From Alphaproteobacteria bacterium (GTDB lineage Bacteria > Pseudomonadota > Alphaproteobacteria > CAAHEQ01 > UBA3637), in NCBI GenBank assembly GCA_045660045.1, contig JAZRDB010000012.1:55869-119868 (forward strand): a stretch of DNA of 64,000 nt. Direction: 5' to 3'. Numbering within the stretch: position 1 is the first letter of the stretch; each line of letters opens with the position of its first letter. The translations under genes were made by a program, and so were the position numbers. The notes beneath the pieces are model-generated. The model saw only the letters and a list, made by a program, of their open reading frames with translations. It was not told the origin of the DNA and ran no database searches. Shown here piece after piece: positions 48,533-58,471 of the stretch.

Positions 48533-49368
48533 TTTTTGATTTCTTGATCTTTGACCGCATAGGTCGCAGCGATTTTATCAATCACTGATTGAATATAACG
48601 CTCCAAAGGTTTTCCTGCACGATAATCGGCAGGCTTCACCGCATTGACGCGATTATCCTCTACCAATTGATCAATCTTTCTGGGCTTTGGCTTTCTTGCA
48701 TCATAAACAGCGACAGAATGTCCCCCTTCGGCTTTCACCATTTTCATACAGGGGATATCCGTCAGCCCATCCCCCACATAAATCATATTTTCAAATGGCA
48801 TCGGCCGCAACGGGCGCGGAATATATTTGTTTACTGTTTCATTGTCAGCCAAATCTTCACACCCCTTATTGATTCGAAAAATAAATTGTGTTTTACTGGT
48901 ATAGTTCAATATAATACCCGGCCAAAACGCCTCACCTTTTTTATTATACATAAACGTGGAAGCAAAAATTGTATGAAATTTTTTGGCAATTTTCGTTCCC
49001 TCAATCATTTCCTTTAATCCAGATGAAATAATATAGTGATGCAATTCTACACCCTGTTTTTTAGCATAAGCATTAATCCTGTCAAACCATTCGGAAACGC
49101 CCGCAAACAATTCTATGTCCGACGCGAATTTACGGAAAGCCGCCCGCGTTGGTTTAATTCTTTTTGCTTTTAACTTTTCCAACATCACCCACATATATGC
49201 AGCAATATCATCCACTTTTTCGCGCAAGCCCAGGGTATTTGTTTCCTCCCAAAAATCCTTGGCAGATTCTGCCTGAACTGCCCGCAAAAAACCATACTCC
49301 TGCATATTGCCCGGAGATAAAGTGCCATCAAAATCATAACAGATGGCCATTGGAATCATTTTTTTCAT
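48529..49368 (-). CDS. HAD-superfamily hydrolase
   Basis: DFDGTL motif I near the N-terminus and VGDGLTD motif. There is a convergent 4-nt overlap with tsaC. Confidence 0.7.
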   Translation of the reverse strand: MKKMIPMAICYDFDGTLSPGNMQEYGFLRAVQAESAKDFWEETNTLGLREKVDDIAAYMWVMLEKLKAKRIKPTRAAFRKFASDIELFAGVSEWFDRINAYAKKQGVELHHYIISSGLKEMIEGTKIAKKFHTIFASTFMYNKKGEAFWPGIILNYTSKTQFIFRINKGCEDLADNETVNKYIPRPLRPMPFENMIYVGDGLTDIPCMKMVKAEGGHSVAVYDARKPKPRKIDQLVEDNRVNAVKPADYRAGKPLERYIQSVIDKIAATYAVKDQEIKN

Positions 49369-49376
49369 GTGTACTC

Positions 49377-50000
49377 CTATTTTCTGAACAGCCCTCGATA
49401 AAAGACCGACAAAATTTCATCTACAGAATCGGCTGTGTATCCTTTCCATTGCATCGCATCCAAAATAATCTTTTTGCGTGACACCAACATAAAAATTGAC
49501 GAGAACAACATCACAACCTGCAATACCGCTTCTTTATAGGTCATTTTCCCTTCGTTGGCATCCACCAACAAATCCACAAAGATTTGACGATAGTGTGTAT
49601 TTAAACCTTGAAATAATTCTTTAAAACTCTGGGATGGCTCGACGTATTCGCGCACAAAAATCGTGCACATAGCGGTCGTCAATCTGTCCGAACAAAACAG
49701 CTCCACAAAACCACGAATAAAGCGTTTCAAAAGCACTTCACTTTTTTCAGGACATGGACGAAGCGAAAGTTCGTTTTGATATTCTTCCATCGCGTCCGTA
49801 AATTTCTGATTAATGCGCACCAAAATACGTTTTAAAACCTCTGCATACAGGCCATTTTTATTACCAAAATAATAGCTAATCGCCGCTACATTTGCCTTAG
49901 CCTTGGCCAAAATATCACGCGTTGCCGTTGGCTCATAGCCTTTTGCAGCGAATTCATAAATTGCCGTTTCGACAATCTTTTCTCTTGTATCAGACTTCAT
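49377..50000 (-). CDS. TetR-family transcriptional regulator
   Basis: N-terminal HTH REKIVETAIYEFAAKGYEPTATRDILAKAKANVAAISYYFGNKNGLY. Confidence 0.85.
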   Translation of the reverse strand: MKSDTREKIVETAIYEFAAKGYEPTATRDILAKAKANVAAISYYFGNKNGLYAEVLKRILVRINQKFTDAMEEYQNELSLRPCPEKSEVLLKRFIRGFVELFCSDRLTTAMCTIFVREYVEPSQSFKELFQGLNTHYRQIFVDLLVDANEGKMTYKEAVLQVVMLFSSIFMLVSRKKIILDAMQWKGYTADSVDEILSVFYRGLFRK

Positions 50001-50055
50001 TTTTCACCCCTAGGGCTTATTATATTCTTTTTTATTGAAAATAACAAGTCCTATT

Positions 50056-52221
50056 TTAGGCAAGTCCCTTTTCCTTTAATACCCACTTCTTTAAAGTAAT
50101 ATTATCGGCTTTACCCGTCGCAAATAGGGGTAATTCTTCCTTATACATAAATTCAACAGGAATATAAAGTTCGCTTAAGCCCTTGCGCCGCACTTTTTCG
50201 GCAAAAGCAGCTCGTGAAGCATCTTTATTATTTGTCACCATAATAATTTGCTCACCTTTCTTATCTGATGGAATAGCAATAGCACCACAGCGGAATTCAT
50301 CTGTACCCCAAATTTCCACAGCGATATTTTCCACCGCAGTCAAGGAAATCATTTCACCCGCAATCTTGGCAAAACGTTTCACACGATCCACGATTTTCAC
50401 AAATCCCAAATCGTCCACGACCACTACGTCGCCTGTGTGGTACCAACCATCTTTGACTGGCACCAAAACACCAGGATTATCGGCATACAAATAGCCTTTC
50501 ATAATATTCGGACCACGCACAACAAATTCACCGCCTTCTTTGATACCTTCCACAGGTTCCAAACGATAATCAATGGCGGGAGGCAATTTACCCAATGTGC
50601 CAAACTTGTTAAACAATGTATTATTGCCACAAAGCACCGGAGAACATTCGGTTGTTCCATACGCCTCCATCAATCGAACACCCAAACGTTCCGACACCAA
50701 CTCGCGTGTTTCTTGTTTCACTGCTTCAGCACCAGCATAGCACAAACGCACATTTCTGAAATCATGTGGATGCGAAATGTTGGCATAAACTTTATAGAAT
50801 GTATCTGTTGCCGCCATCACAGTCACCTTTAATTCATACAATAATTCTGTAATTGTACGATACAACAATGGCGATGGGAACAAGAACAATCTTGCCCCTG
50901 AAAAAATTCCAAAGAATGTACCAACACACAATCCGAATGAGTGGAACATTGGCAACGAGTTAAACAACAAATCGCGCGCATTCAATTGTTCATAGCAACG
51001 TGTTTGATTCACGTTCGCAATAATGTTACTGTGTGAAAGAACCACACCCTTTGGTGTTCCCTCTGACCCTGAAGTAAACAAAATAACCGCTGGATCCGAA
51101 CTTTTTTGGTCCACAGGAATCTTCTTAATTTTGTAATACCAAAGCCCACGCAATTTTTCACCGAGCTTAATTGTTTTGGCCAAATCTTCCAAATATGTGA
51201 TTTTAATGTGTTCTGCTTTTAAGGCCTCAATCACCTCTTCCAGCTTTGCCTTCATAATAAATGCTTTGGAAGTAATAACACGCTTCACGCACGCCGTCCG
51301 GCACATTGTTACCACAATCGGTGCACCCAACGAAAAGTTCAACATAACCGGCACACGCGCATAAGCAGATAAGCCAAAGAAGGACACCACTGTTGCCACA
51401 GCGTTCGGCAAAATCACCCCAACATTTTCACCTTTTTCTGTTATTTGGGCAAACTTTTGGCCCAACACATAACTTTTCAACAACACATCCTTATATGTTT
51501 GGGGTTGACGATTGATATCTTCCAAAAACTCACGACGTTTGAACCATCCTTCTTTTCCATAGATACGTGTAATACGCACAAAGTTTTTAAACAAAGTAAT
51601 GTTGCTTTTGAAATTCATTTGAAACCGCATTTTGTTTAACAGGTGATAGGTCACATCACGCAAATAGTCACGGTTTTTCTTTAAGTCATCATTAATTTCA
51701 ATAAACTTCGGAGCTCCAACTTTAATTTTAATTTTGGGAAATGGACGATGCGGCAAATTATCTCCCGTTTCTGCAAAGCGGCTATATTCCGCACCACTAA
51801 TCCAAATGGGCACAAACGGCGCGCCAGTTCTGTCCGCCACAACCGCTGGGGCTTCATAAATTTTCATCATATCACCATTGTCCGTCATACATCCTTCTGG
51901 GAACATCAAACAATACCGATTGGTATTGATAAGTTCGATGACATCTTTTGTATCACCGACGTTGATATAGCTGAATTCACGCTTATCAGCGTAATGCATA
52001 AAAAAGCGAATCCACTTGTTACGATACAACTTTGCATGCAACAAAAATACCGGATCATTTGGTAAAAAGGCAAACAAAATAACAGGATCCAACCATGACA
52101 CGTGATTGGAAATATAAATTCCCTTTGATGGCCATTCTCCTTCTTCTTTAGCTTGAAATGAAACACGCACTTTCATAACACGGAAAGCACAACGTAATAA
52201 GAAACGAACTAAATTTTTCAT
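50056..52221 (-). CDS. aas: bifunctional 2-acylglycerophosphoethanolamine acyltransferase / acyl-ACP synthetase (Aas-like)
   Basis: N-terminal PlsC-type HVSWLDP (HX4D) and FPEG. C-terminal AMP-binding TSGSEGTPKGVVLSH, YGTTE, GWYHTGD. 721 aa. Confidence 0.85.
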   Translation of the reverse strand: MKNLVRFLLRCAFRVMKVRVSFQAKEEGEWPSKGIYISNHVSWLDPVILFAFLPNDPVFLLHAKLYRNKWIRFFMHYADKREFSYINVGDTKDVIELINTNRYCLMFPEGCMTDNGDMMKIYEAPAVVADRTGAPFVPIWISGAEYSRFAETGDNLPHRPFPKIKIKVGAPKFIEINDDLKKNRDYLRDVTYHLLNKMRFQMNFKSNITLFKNFVRITRIYGKEGWFKRREFLEDINRQPQTYKDVLLKSYVLGQKFAQITEKGENVGVILPNAVATVVSFFGLSAYARVPVMLNFSLGAPIVVTMCRTACVKRVITSKAFIMKAKLEEVIEALKAEHIKITYLEDLAKTIKLGEKLRGLWYYKIKKIPVDQKSSDPAVILFTSGSEGTPKGVVLSHSNIIANVNQTRCYEQLNARDLLFNSLPMFHSFGLCVGTFFGIFSGARLFLFPSPLLYRTITELLYELKVTVMAATDTFYKVYANISHPHDFRNVRLCYAGAEAVKQETRELVSERLGVRLMEAYGTTECSPVLCGNNTLFNKFGTLGKLPPAIDYRLEPVEGIKEGGEFVVRGPNIMKGYLYADNPGVLVPVKDGWYHTGDVVVVDDLGFVKIVDRVKRFAKIAGEMISLTAVENIAVEIWGTDEFRCGAIAIPSDKKGEQIIMVTNNKDASRAAFAEKVRRKGLSELYIPVEFMYKEELPLFATGKADNITLKKWVLKEKGLA

Positions 52222-52249
52222 ATTGCCTCCTTCAATGTTTATAGCGGCG

Positions 52250-52277
52250 ATTATAACACTTTGTCATAAAAATGCAA
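52250..52277 (-). promoter_or_regulatory. aas operon promoter (TTGCAT-N16-TATAAT, minus strand)
   Basis: The reverse complement reads ttgcatttttatgacaaagtgttataat. Confidence 0.5.
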
Positions 52278-52282
52278 CAAAA

Positions 52283-52300
52283 ATGTAATAAAAATTACAT
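52283..52300. promoter_or_regulatory. 18-bp palindrome ATGTAAT-AAAA-ATTACAT, candidate TetR operator
   Basis: Perfect 7-bp inverted repeat immediately upstream of the -35 of the aas-tetR-HAD operon. Confidence 0.35.
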
Positions 52301-52437
52301 ATTATTTTACAACCACATGAAATTTATGGATTATTTTTTATACAGGATCACCCAAAACACGCATCACTTTTGTTTGAGTTTCTTATAGACATTTCAATTG
52401 ATTTGTGTTACACTGTCTGAAATTGAAAGGAAATACT

Positions 52438-53208
52438 ATGGATAATCAAACAAATCAAATTCAAAACTTAAGCGCCCAACCTGTACAGCAAAAAAAGTAT
52501 AAACGAAATGAATGGGTTGAGTTGTTGTGGCTTGCATTGTTGGCATTATGTATTCGTTCTTGCGCCTTTGAACCATATAATATTCCATCAAGTTCTATGG
52601 TGCCCACTCTTTTGGTTGGTGATTATTTATTTATCAGCAAATACGATTATGGCTATTCTAAACACTCCTTTCCTTTTTCAATTCCTTTGATCCCCAAGGG
52701 ACGTATTTTCAATAATCCTCCGCAACGTGGAGATGTCGTGGTCTTCAAATGGCCGAAGGACAAAAAAACAGATTATATTAAACGCGTTATTGGTCTGCCA
52801 GGAGATACGATTCAAATGGTAAAAGGACGCTTGTACATCAATGATGTCTTGGTGGGTCGTGAAGAACTGGGACGCGAAAATTGGCTGACAGAATCTGGAT
52901 GGCAACAATATACTCGTTATGAAGAACATCTTCCCAATGGTGTCAAACATGACATTTATGAATTAAATGATCACATGATTTTAGACAACACAGACCCTAT
53001 TATTGTTCCCGAAGGTCATTACTTTATGTTGGGAGACAATCGTGATAATTCTCAAGATAGCCGTTATTTTGGCCTTGTCCCAGAGGAATTATTGGAAGGA
53101 AAAGCCCGTTTGATTTTCTATTCCACCAATGGAAATGGATGGTTTTTCCAATTCTGGCGTTGGACAGATTTCTTGCGTTTGGAACGTATTTTCACGGAGA
53201 TTCATTAA
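52438..53208 (+). CDS. lepB: signal peptidase I
   Basis: SSSMVPTLLVGD, KRVIGLPGD, GDNRDNSQDSR. Start trimmed to ATG 52438. Confidence 0.93.
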   Translation: MDNQTNQIQNLSAQPVQQKKYKRNEWVELLWLALLALCIRSCAFEPYNIPSSSMVPTLLVGDYLFISKYDYGYSKHSFPFSIPLIPKGRIFNNPPQRGDVVVFKWPKDKKTDYIKRVIGLPGDTIQMVKGRLYINDVLVGREELGRENWLTESGWQQYTRYEEHLPNGVKHDIYELNDHMILDNTDPIIVPEGHYFMLGDNRDNSQDSRYFGLVPEELLEGKARLIFYSTNGNGWFFQFWRWTDFLRLERIFTEIH

Positions 53209-53828
53209 TGCGAGATTTATTCAAAAATCCCAAATTGTTTGATCAAGCTTTACAATTAGCTCATGGAGCAAAAGCCGCCGCCTATGAACGTTTGGAATTT
53301 TTGGGAGATCGCGTTCTTGGTTTGGTTGTTGCGGAATTATTGTATAAAGCCCACCCCCAAGAAAAAGAAGGAGCATTAGCCAAACGATTTGTCGCCTTGA
53401 CTTGTGAAAAAACATTGGCCGAAGTAGCGCATTTATGGGGATTAAACAAGCTTGTCAAAACAACAGAAAAAGAACTGCGCGAAAACGATTCCATCTTATC
53501 TGATGTTTGCGAAGCTGTACTGGGTGCAATGTATCTGGATCAAGGTTTAGAAGTTGTCAAAAAGGTCATGCTTCCCGTCTGGACACCACTCATGGAATCA
53601 AACCTTCAAGCACCTCAAGACCCCAAATCTGCTTGTCAGGAATGGGCTCAACGCAAATATAAATGTTTGCCCATATATAAAATGGTGGAACAGATGGGAT
53701 CAGAACACGAACCCATCTTTAAGGTTCAAATCAAGGTCGGGAAATTAACCGCTTTCGGCGTGGGACATAATAAAAAAGAGGCCGAAAAAGAAGCCGCACA
53801 AAACCTTTTGGAGCAATACAATGGCTGA
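53208..53828 (+). CDS. rnc: ribonuclease III
   Basis: ERLEFLGDRVLG signature and dsRBD at the C-terminus. Its ATG overlaps the lepB stop (TAATG). Confidence 0.93.
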   Translation: MRDLFKNPKLFDQALQLAHGAKAAAYERLEFLGDRVLGLVVAELLYKAHPQEKEGALAKRFVALTCEKTLAEVAHLWGLNKLVKTTEKELRENDSILSDVCEAVLGAMYLDQGLEVVKKVMLPVWTPLMESNLQAPQDPKSACQEWAQRKYKCLPIYKMVEQMGSEHEPIFKVQIKVGKLTAFGVGHNKKEAEKEAAQNLLEQYNG

Positions 53829-54714
53829 ACAAAAATGTTCTTTTGTGGCAATTTTGGGGGCTCCTAACGCAGGCAAATCAACTCTGTTAAACTATATTAT
53901 AGGCAGCAAGATTTCCATCGTTTCACCAAAGGTTCAAACCACACGTGGCAAGGTGCGTGGCATTTATATCAAAGACGACACCCAATTAATTTTGGTTGAT
54001 ACCGCTGGTATTTTTAAACCATCCCGCAGGTTGGATCGCGCGATGGTTGCGGGGGCTTGGACCGAATCTGATGATGCAGATATGCGCCTTGTTTTAATTG
54101 ATGCAAAAAAAGGCATTGATGACAACACAAATCTTATTATTCAAAACCTGACCAAAGCCAAACAAAAAGCCGTCCTTGCTATCAACAAGATTGATCAAGT
54201 TACGCCAACGAAACTGGCGACATTAGCTGAAGCTGTTGGTAAAATGAATCTATGGAGCGCCATTTTTTATGTATCTGCCAAAACGGGAAAAGGTGTTTCA
54301 GAATTGATGGATTATCTGTGTTCTAAAGCATCCAAATCACCATGGATGTTTAATCCCGATGAAATGACAGATATGCCCGATCGTCTCTTTGCGGCCGAAG
54401 TGACGCGGGAAAAATTATTTATGAATTTGCAAAATGAATTGCCTTACCATTTGACTGTAGAAACAACATCATTTAAAGAAACAGAAACTTCTATTCGCAT
54501 TGAACAAAATATTATTGTGGAACGCGCGGCACACCGTATGATTATTTTGGGGCGTGGCGGTCAAATGATTAAAAAAATTGGGCAACAATCCCGTCTTGAA
54601 TTAACAAAACAACTGGGGAAAAAAGTTAATCTGTTTTTGTTCGTCAAGGTGCGTGAAAATTGGGCAGAAGATCCTAATCAATACAAACCATGGGGGCTAG
54701 ATTTTAATGCCTGA
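53821..54714 (+). CDS. era: GTPase Era
   Basis: GAPNAGKSTLLN, DTAG, NKID, C-terminal KH domain. Confidence 0.95.
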   Translation: MAEQKCSFVAILGAPNAGKSTLLNYIIGSKISIVSPKVQTTRGKVRGIYIKDDTQLILVDTAGIFKPSRRLDRAMVAGAWTESDDADMRLVLIDAKKGIDDNTNLIIQNLTKAKQKAVLAINKIDQVTPTKLATLAEAVGKMNLWSAIFYVSAKTGKGVSELMDYLCSKASKSPWMFNPDEMTDMPDRLFAAEVTREKLFMNLQNELPYHLTVETTSFKETETSIRIEQNIIVERAAHRMIILGRGGQMIKKIGQQSRLELTKQLGKKVNLFLFVKVRENWAEDPNQYKPWGLDFNA

Positions 54715-55405
54715 GTTCACAAGTAAAAATGCCATCGTTTTAAATGCAAAGCCGTTGGGAGAAGCGGCTTTTATTATCAGCGTTTTTACATCTGAAAATG
54801 GTCGCCACTTAGGGGTTTTAAAAAAGAAGCATCCTCCTGAAATTGGCACATTATGTCAAGTAATCTGGAAAGCAAGACTCCCAGAACAATTAGGCACTTT
54901 TTACTTGGAAGAAACAAAAGCGTATGCCCCGCTATTGTTGGACGATATGCCACGTTTAAATATACTTTCAAATTTATGTGCAACATTGGATAAAGCCCTT
55001 CCCGAACGTCAAGAATATCCAGAATTACACACCCAAACTTTGGATTTTTTAGCCGCTTTGAATCAAGATAATTTTTACGAAAACTATGTGCGATTTGAAG
55101 TTGCTTTACTATCAGCTTTGGGATTTGCACTTGATATGACAGAATGTGCGGGCGGAGGAGATAGTAATGATTTGGCATACATTTCCCCAAAAACTGGACG
55201 TGCCATCAGCCGCGAAAAAGGAAAACCCTATCATGATAAATTATTAAAGCTACCTCGCTTTTTATGGCAAGATGCCCCCACTTCATGCGACGATTTGGCT
55301 GATGGACTGGCTTTAACAGGACATTTTTTGTATGCACATTTGGGCGCTCTTCCAACCGCTCGTACCCGCATTTTACAAGATATCTTAAGGAGAAAAAATG
55401 GATAA
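54707..55405 (+). CDS. recO: DNA repair protein RecO
   Basis: Conserved lepB-rnc-era-recO order, OB-fold N-terminus, and the Cys cluster region ECAGGG. Confidence 0.8.
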   Translation: MPEFTSKNAIVLNAKPLGEAAFIISVFTSENGRHLGVLKKKHPPEIGTLCQVIWKARLPEQLGTFYLEETKAYAPLLLDDMPRLNILSNLCATLDKALPERQEYPELHTQTLDFLAALNQDNFYENYVRFEVALLSALGFALDMTECAGGGDSNDLAYISPKTGRAISREKGKPYHDKLLKLPRFLWQDAPTSCDDLADGLALTGHFLYAHLGALPTARTRILQDILRRKNG

Positions 55406-55928
55406 GTTATTATTGCTTTCCTGCTGCGCGCCCTGCTCTGTCGGCGTCATTACAGAATTGGCCGAAAGAGGTCAAGATTTTGCCGTCATGTTTTTCAATC
55501 CCAACATCAAACCTGAAGAAGAATATCAAAAACGTTTAAAAGAGAACAAACGTATTTGCAAAGAATTAAATATCCCATTTATTGAGGGCGATTATGTGCC
55601 GGAACTTTGGCAACAAGCCACCTCAGGATTGGAAGACGAACCCGAACGCGGTAAACGCTGTGACACCTGTTTTTATTTGCGCTTAAAAATTGGCGCAGAA
55701 TATGCCAAAGCACATGGCTTTACTCGCATTTCCTCTGTTTTTGGCATCTCTAGATTCAAAGATTTTGATCAAGTGTGTCGAGCTGGGAAAAAAGTAGAAA
55801 ATGAAATTGGCATTCCTTATGACACAACAAACTGGCGCAAAAATGGTGGATTAGAACGTGCTGAACGTTTGGGAAAAGAGAAAAATTTATACCGCCAAAC
55901 ATATTGCGGGTGTAAACCAAAAAAATAA
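55398..55928 (+). CDS. queH: epoxyqueuosine reductase QueH (DUF208)
   Basis: LLLSCCAPCS..., C-terminal YRQTYCGC. Confidence 0.8.
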   Translation: MDKLLLLSCCAPCSVGVITELAERGQDFAVMFFNPNIKPEEEYQKRLKENKRICKELNIPFIEGDYVPELWQQATSGLEDEPERGKRCDTCFYLRLKIGAEYAKAHGFTRISSVFGISRFKDFDQVCRAGKKVENEIGIPYDTTNWRKNGGLERAERLGKEKNLYRQTYCGCKPKK

Positions 55929-55931
55929 TAC

Positions 55932-55960
55932 TTGAATTATTAAAAAAAATATTTTAAACT
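55932..55960 (+). promoter_or_regulatory. candidate promoter TTGAAT-N17-TAAACT for the pilin-like gene
   Basis: Hexamers at 55932-55937 and 55955-55960. Confidence 0.4.
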
Positions 55961-55986
55961 GATGACATTCAAAGAGGGAGGAGAAT

Positions 55987-56508
55987 ATGCAACACACAAA
56001 TGAATCTGGTCGGTCTATGTCCGAAATGTTGGCCGTTTTGGCCATCATTGGCGTTTTATCTGTTGGTACAATTGCGGGTTTTCGCCATATGATAAACAAG
56101 CAAAAAATCAATGACATTATTAACACGATCAATTTAAATAGCATTCAAATTTTAAGCAGTTTAACCCATCAAAAGTTCGATACACCCGATGCAATGGATG
56201 CATTCTTGACACAATATACAGCACAAACAGGCGGATATAACATCTCATTCAAGGCGCCTCGTGATACTGACCATGAATTTACAGGAACAGAATTCGTTGC
56301 CGAAATTACTGACCAAAAAGGTGACCGCATTAAAGGATCAATGTGCCGTCGCTTATTAACAACCATGGTCAGGGTTAACGGTGTTTCCGATATTGACTTT
56401 ACCGTCCGTAATGAACCAATGGAAGATGGAACGGTGGAAGATGTGACAATGCGATTAAGCGGCAAAGCGGTGGATTTAAACGCTTTGTGCGGAAAAGACG
56501 TTTTATAA
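55987..56508 (+). CDS. type IV pilin / pseudopilin-like protein (class III signal peptide)
   Basis: MQHTNESG/RSMSEMLAVLAIIGVLSVGTIAGF. There is a Gly at -1, a Glu at +5 and a hydrophobic helix; RBS GGGAGGAG. Confidence 0.7.
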   Translation: MQHTNESGRSMSEMLAVLAIIGVLSVGTIAGFRHMINKQKINDIINTINLNSIQILSSLTHQKFDTPDAMDAFLTQYTAQTGGYNISFKAPRDTDHEFTGTEFVAEITDQKGDRIKGSMCRRLLTTMVRVNGVSDIDFTVRNEPMEDGTVEDVTMRLSGKAVDLNALCGKDVL

Positions 56509-56520
56509 ACAAAAAAACTC

Positions 56521-56549
56521 TTGATTTTTCCTCAAAAACCTGATATACT
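56521..56549 (+). promoter_or_regulatory. rpsA promoter (TTGATT-N17-TATACT) with ~120-nt leader
   Basis: Hexamers at 56521-56526 and 56544-56549. Confidence 0.45.
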
Positions 56550-56674
56550 TGTCTCACTTTTTTAAAGTGGAAGAGTCTATCGGGTTTTGTATTCGCACCC
56601 GGTTGTTGTTTTGAAGAATACATAAAGTCCGCGGTTTTTGACCGTTGGCCAACCAAAAAAATTTAAGGTATTTT

Positions 56675-58381
56675 ATGGTAAATAAAAAACAAGAAACACC
56701 CGAAATCACAGAAGATTTTGGTGCTTTATTAGATGAATATATGGGTGCTGAAAAATCCTTGCAAGGCAAGACAGTATCCGGAACAGTGACACGCGTTGAT
56801 GATGATGAAGTAGTCGTTGATGTCGGATTGAAATCCGAAGGACGCATTCCTTTGTCTGAATTTGGCGTTCAAGCTGTGAAACCAGGCGATGTTGTAGAAG
56901 TCTTTATTGAACGTTACGAAGACCGTGAAGGCAACGCCGTTTTGTCCCGTGAAAAGGCTCGTCGTGAAGAAGCCTGGGGCGATTTAGAACAAGCTATGAC
57001 AAAGGGCGAACATGTGAACGGTACAATTTTTGGCCGTGTCAAAGGTGGCTTTACTGTTGATTTGAAAGGCGCAACTGCGTTCTTGCCAGGCAGCCAAATT
57101 GATGTCCGTCCAATTCGTGACATGACCCCATTAATGGGTGTTGAACAACCATTTGCTATTTTAAAAATGGACAAAGCCCGTGGCAATATCGTTGTGTCTC
57201 GTCGCGCTGTGTTGGAAGAAGCTCGTGCTGAACAAACTTCCGAAATCATCAAGAACTTGTCCGAAGGTCAAGTGGTCGATGGCACAGTGAAGAACGTGAC
57301 CGATTACGGTGCCTTTATTGATTTGGGTGGCGTTGATGGTTTGTTGCACGTAACAGACATGAGCTGGAAACGCATTAATAACCCATCTGAAGTTTTGTCC
57401 GTTGGTCAAACAATTAAAGTTCAGATTATTAAATTCAACCAAGAAACAGGCCGTATCTCTTTGGGTTTGAAACAAATGGAAGCCGATCCTTGGGCTGGTG
57501 TGGATACAAAATTCCACCCAGGCGACAAATTGTCCGGCAAAATCAGCAACATCACCGATTACGGTGCATTTGTTGACTTGGGCGATGGTGTCGAAGGTTT
57601 GGTCCATGTTTCTGAAATGAGCTGGACAAAGAAAAATACACATCCAAGCAAGATTGTTACATTGGGCCAAGAAGTCAATGTGATCGTTTTGGAAGTGGAT
57701 GAATCCAAGCGCCGTATTTCCTTGGGCATGAAGCAATTGCAAGAAAACCCATGGGAAAAATTCGCTAAAGAACACAAAGTCGGCGATATCATTGAAGGCG
57801 AAATCAAGAACGTAATCGAATTCGGTGTGTTCATGTCTTTAACAGAAGACTTGGATGGCATGATTCACAGTTCTGACCTTGCTTGGGACAAACCAAGTGA
57901 AGAAGCCATCAAAGATTACAAGAAGGGCATGACTGTCAAAGCCAAGATTTTGGACATTGATGTTGAAAAAGAACGTATTTCTTTGGGCATCAAGCAATTG
58001 ACAGAAGACCCAATGGCTGGCTCTATGGAAGGCTTGAAGAAAGGCGCCGTGGTGACCGCTGTTGTGTCCGCCATTGAAGAAAACGGCTTGGAAGTTGATG
58101 TGAATGGTGTGAAAGGTTACATCAAACGCACAGACTTGGCCAAAGAACGTTCCGAACAAAAAACAGAACGTTTTGCCATTGGCGAAAAAGTGGATGCCAA
58201 AGTGACGTCTGTGGACAACAAAGCCCACAAGGTCAATTTGTCCATTAAAGCCCGCGAAATCGAAGATGAAAAACGTGCTTTGGAAGAATATGGTTCCACA
58301 AGCTCGGGCGCCTCTTTGGGCGACATCTTGGGCGCGGCTTTGGAAAAGAAAGCCAAAAAGGCCAAGAAAGACGAAGAATAA
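56675..58381 (+). CDS. rpsA: 30S ribosomal protein S1
   Basis: Six S1 (OB) repeats (GTV..V..GA.VDLG..G..H.S). Start trimmed to ATG 56675. Confidence 0.95.
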   Translation: MVNKKQETPEITEDFGALLDEYMGAEKSLQGKTVSGTVTRVDDDEVVVDVGLKSEGRIPLSEFGVQAVKPGDVVEVFIERYEDREGNAVLSREKARREEAWGDLEQAMTKGEHVNGTIFGRVKGGFTVDLKGATAFLPGSQIDVRPIRDMTPLMGVEQPFAILKMDKARGNIVVSRRAVLEEARAEQTSEIIKNLSEGQVVDGTVKNVTDYGAFIDLGGVDGLLHVTDMSWKRINNPSEVLSVGQTIKVQIIKFNQETGRISLGLKQMEADPWAGVDTKFHPGDKLSGKISNITDYGAFVDLGDGVEGLVHVSEMSWTKKNTHPSKIVTLGQEVNVIVLEVDESKRRISLGMKQLQENPWEKFAKEHKVGDIIEGEIKNVIEFGVFMSLTEDLDGMIHSSDLAWDKPSEEAIKDYKKGMTVKAKILDIDVEKERISLGIKQLTEDPMAGSMEGLKKGAVVTAVVSAIEENGLEVDVNGVKGYIKRTDLAKERSEQKTERFAIGEKVDAKVTSVDNKAHKVNLSIKAREIEDEKRALEEYGSTSSGASLGDILGAALEKKAKKAKKDEE

Positions 58382-58401
58382 TTTCGTCTGGTTCTATAAA
58401 G

Positions 58402-58435
58402 AGCGGGCACCAATCGGCGCCCGCTTTATTTTTCT
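58402..58435 (+). terminator. rpsA terminator (AGCGGGCACC-AAUC-GGCGCCCGCU + U run)
   Basis: G+C-rich hairpin then UUUAUUUUU. It is nearly identical to the hairpin at 59393-59419. Confidence 0.75.
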
Positions 58436-58436
58436 C

Positions 58437-58465
58437 TTGACATTATAATTTATTTTTCCTAAACT
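58437..58465 (+). promoter_or_regulatory. promoter of the structured RNA unit (TTGACA-N17-TAAACT)
   Basis: Hexamers at 58437-58442 and 58460-58465. A TATAAT also occurs at 58444-58449. Confidence 0.5.
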
Positions 58466-58471
58466 GACATT

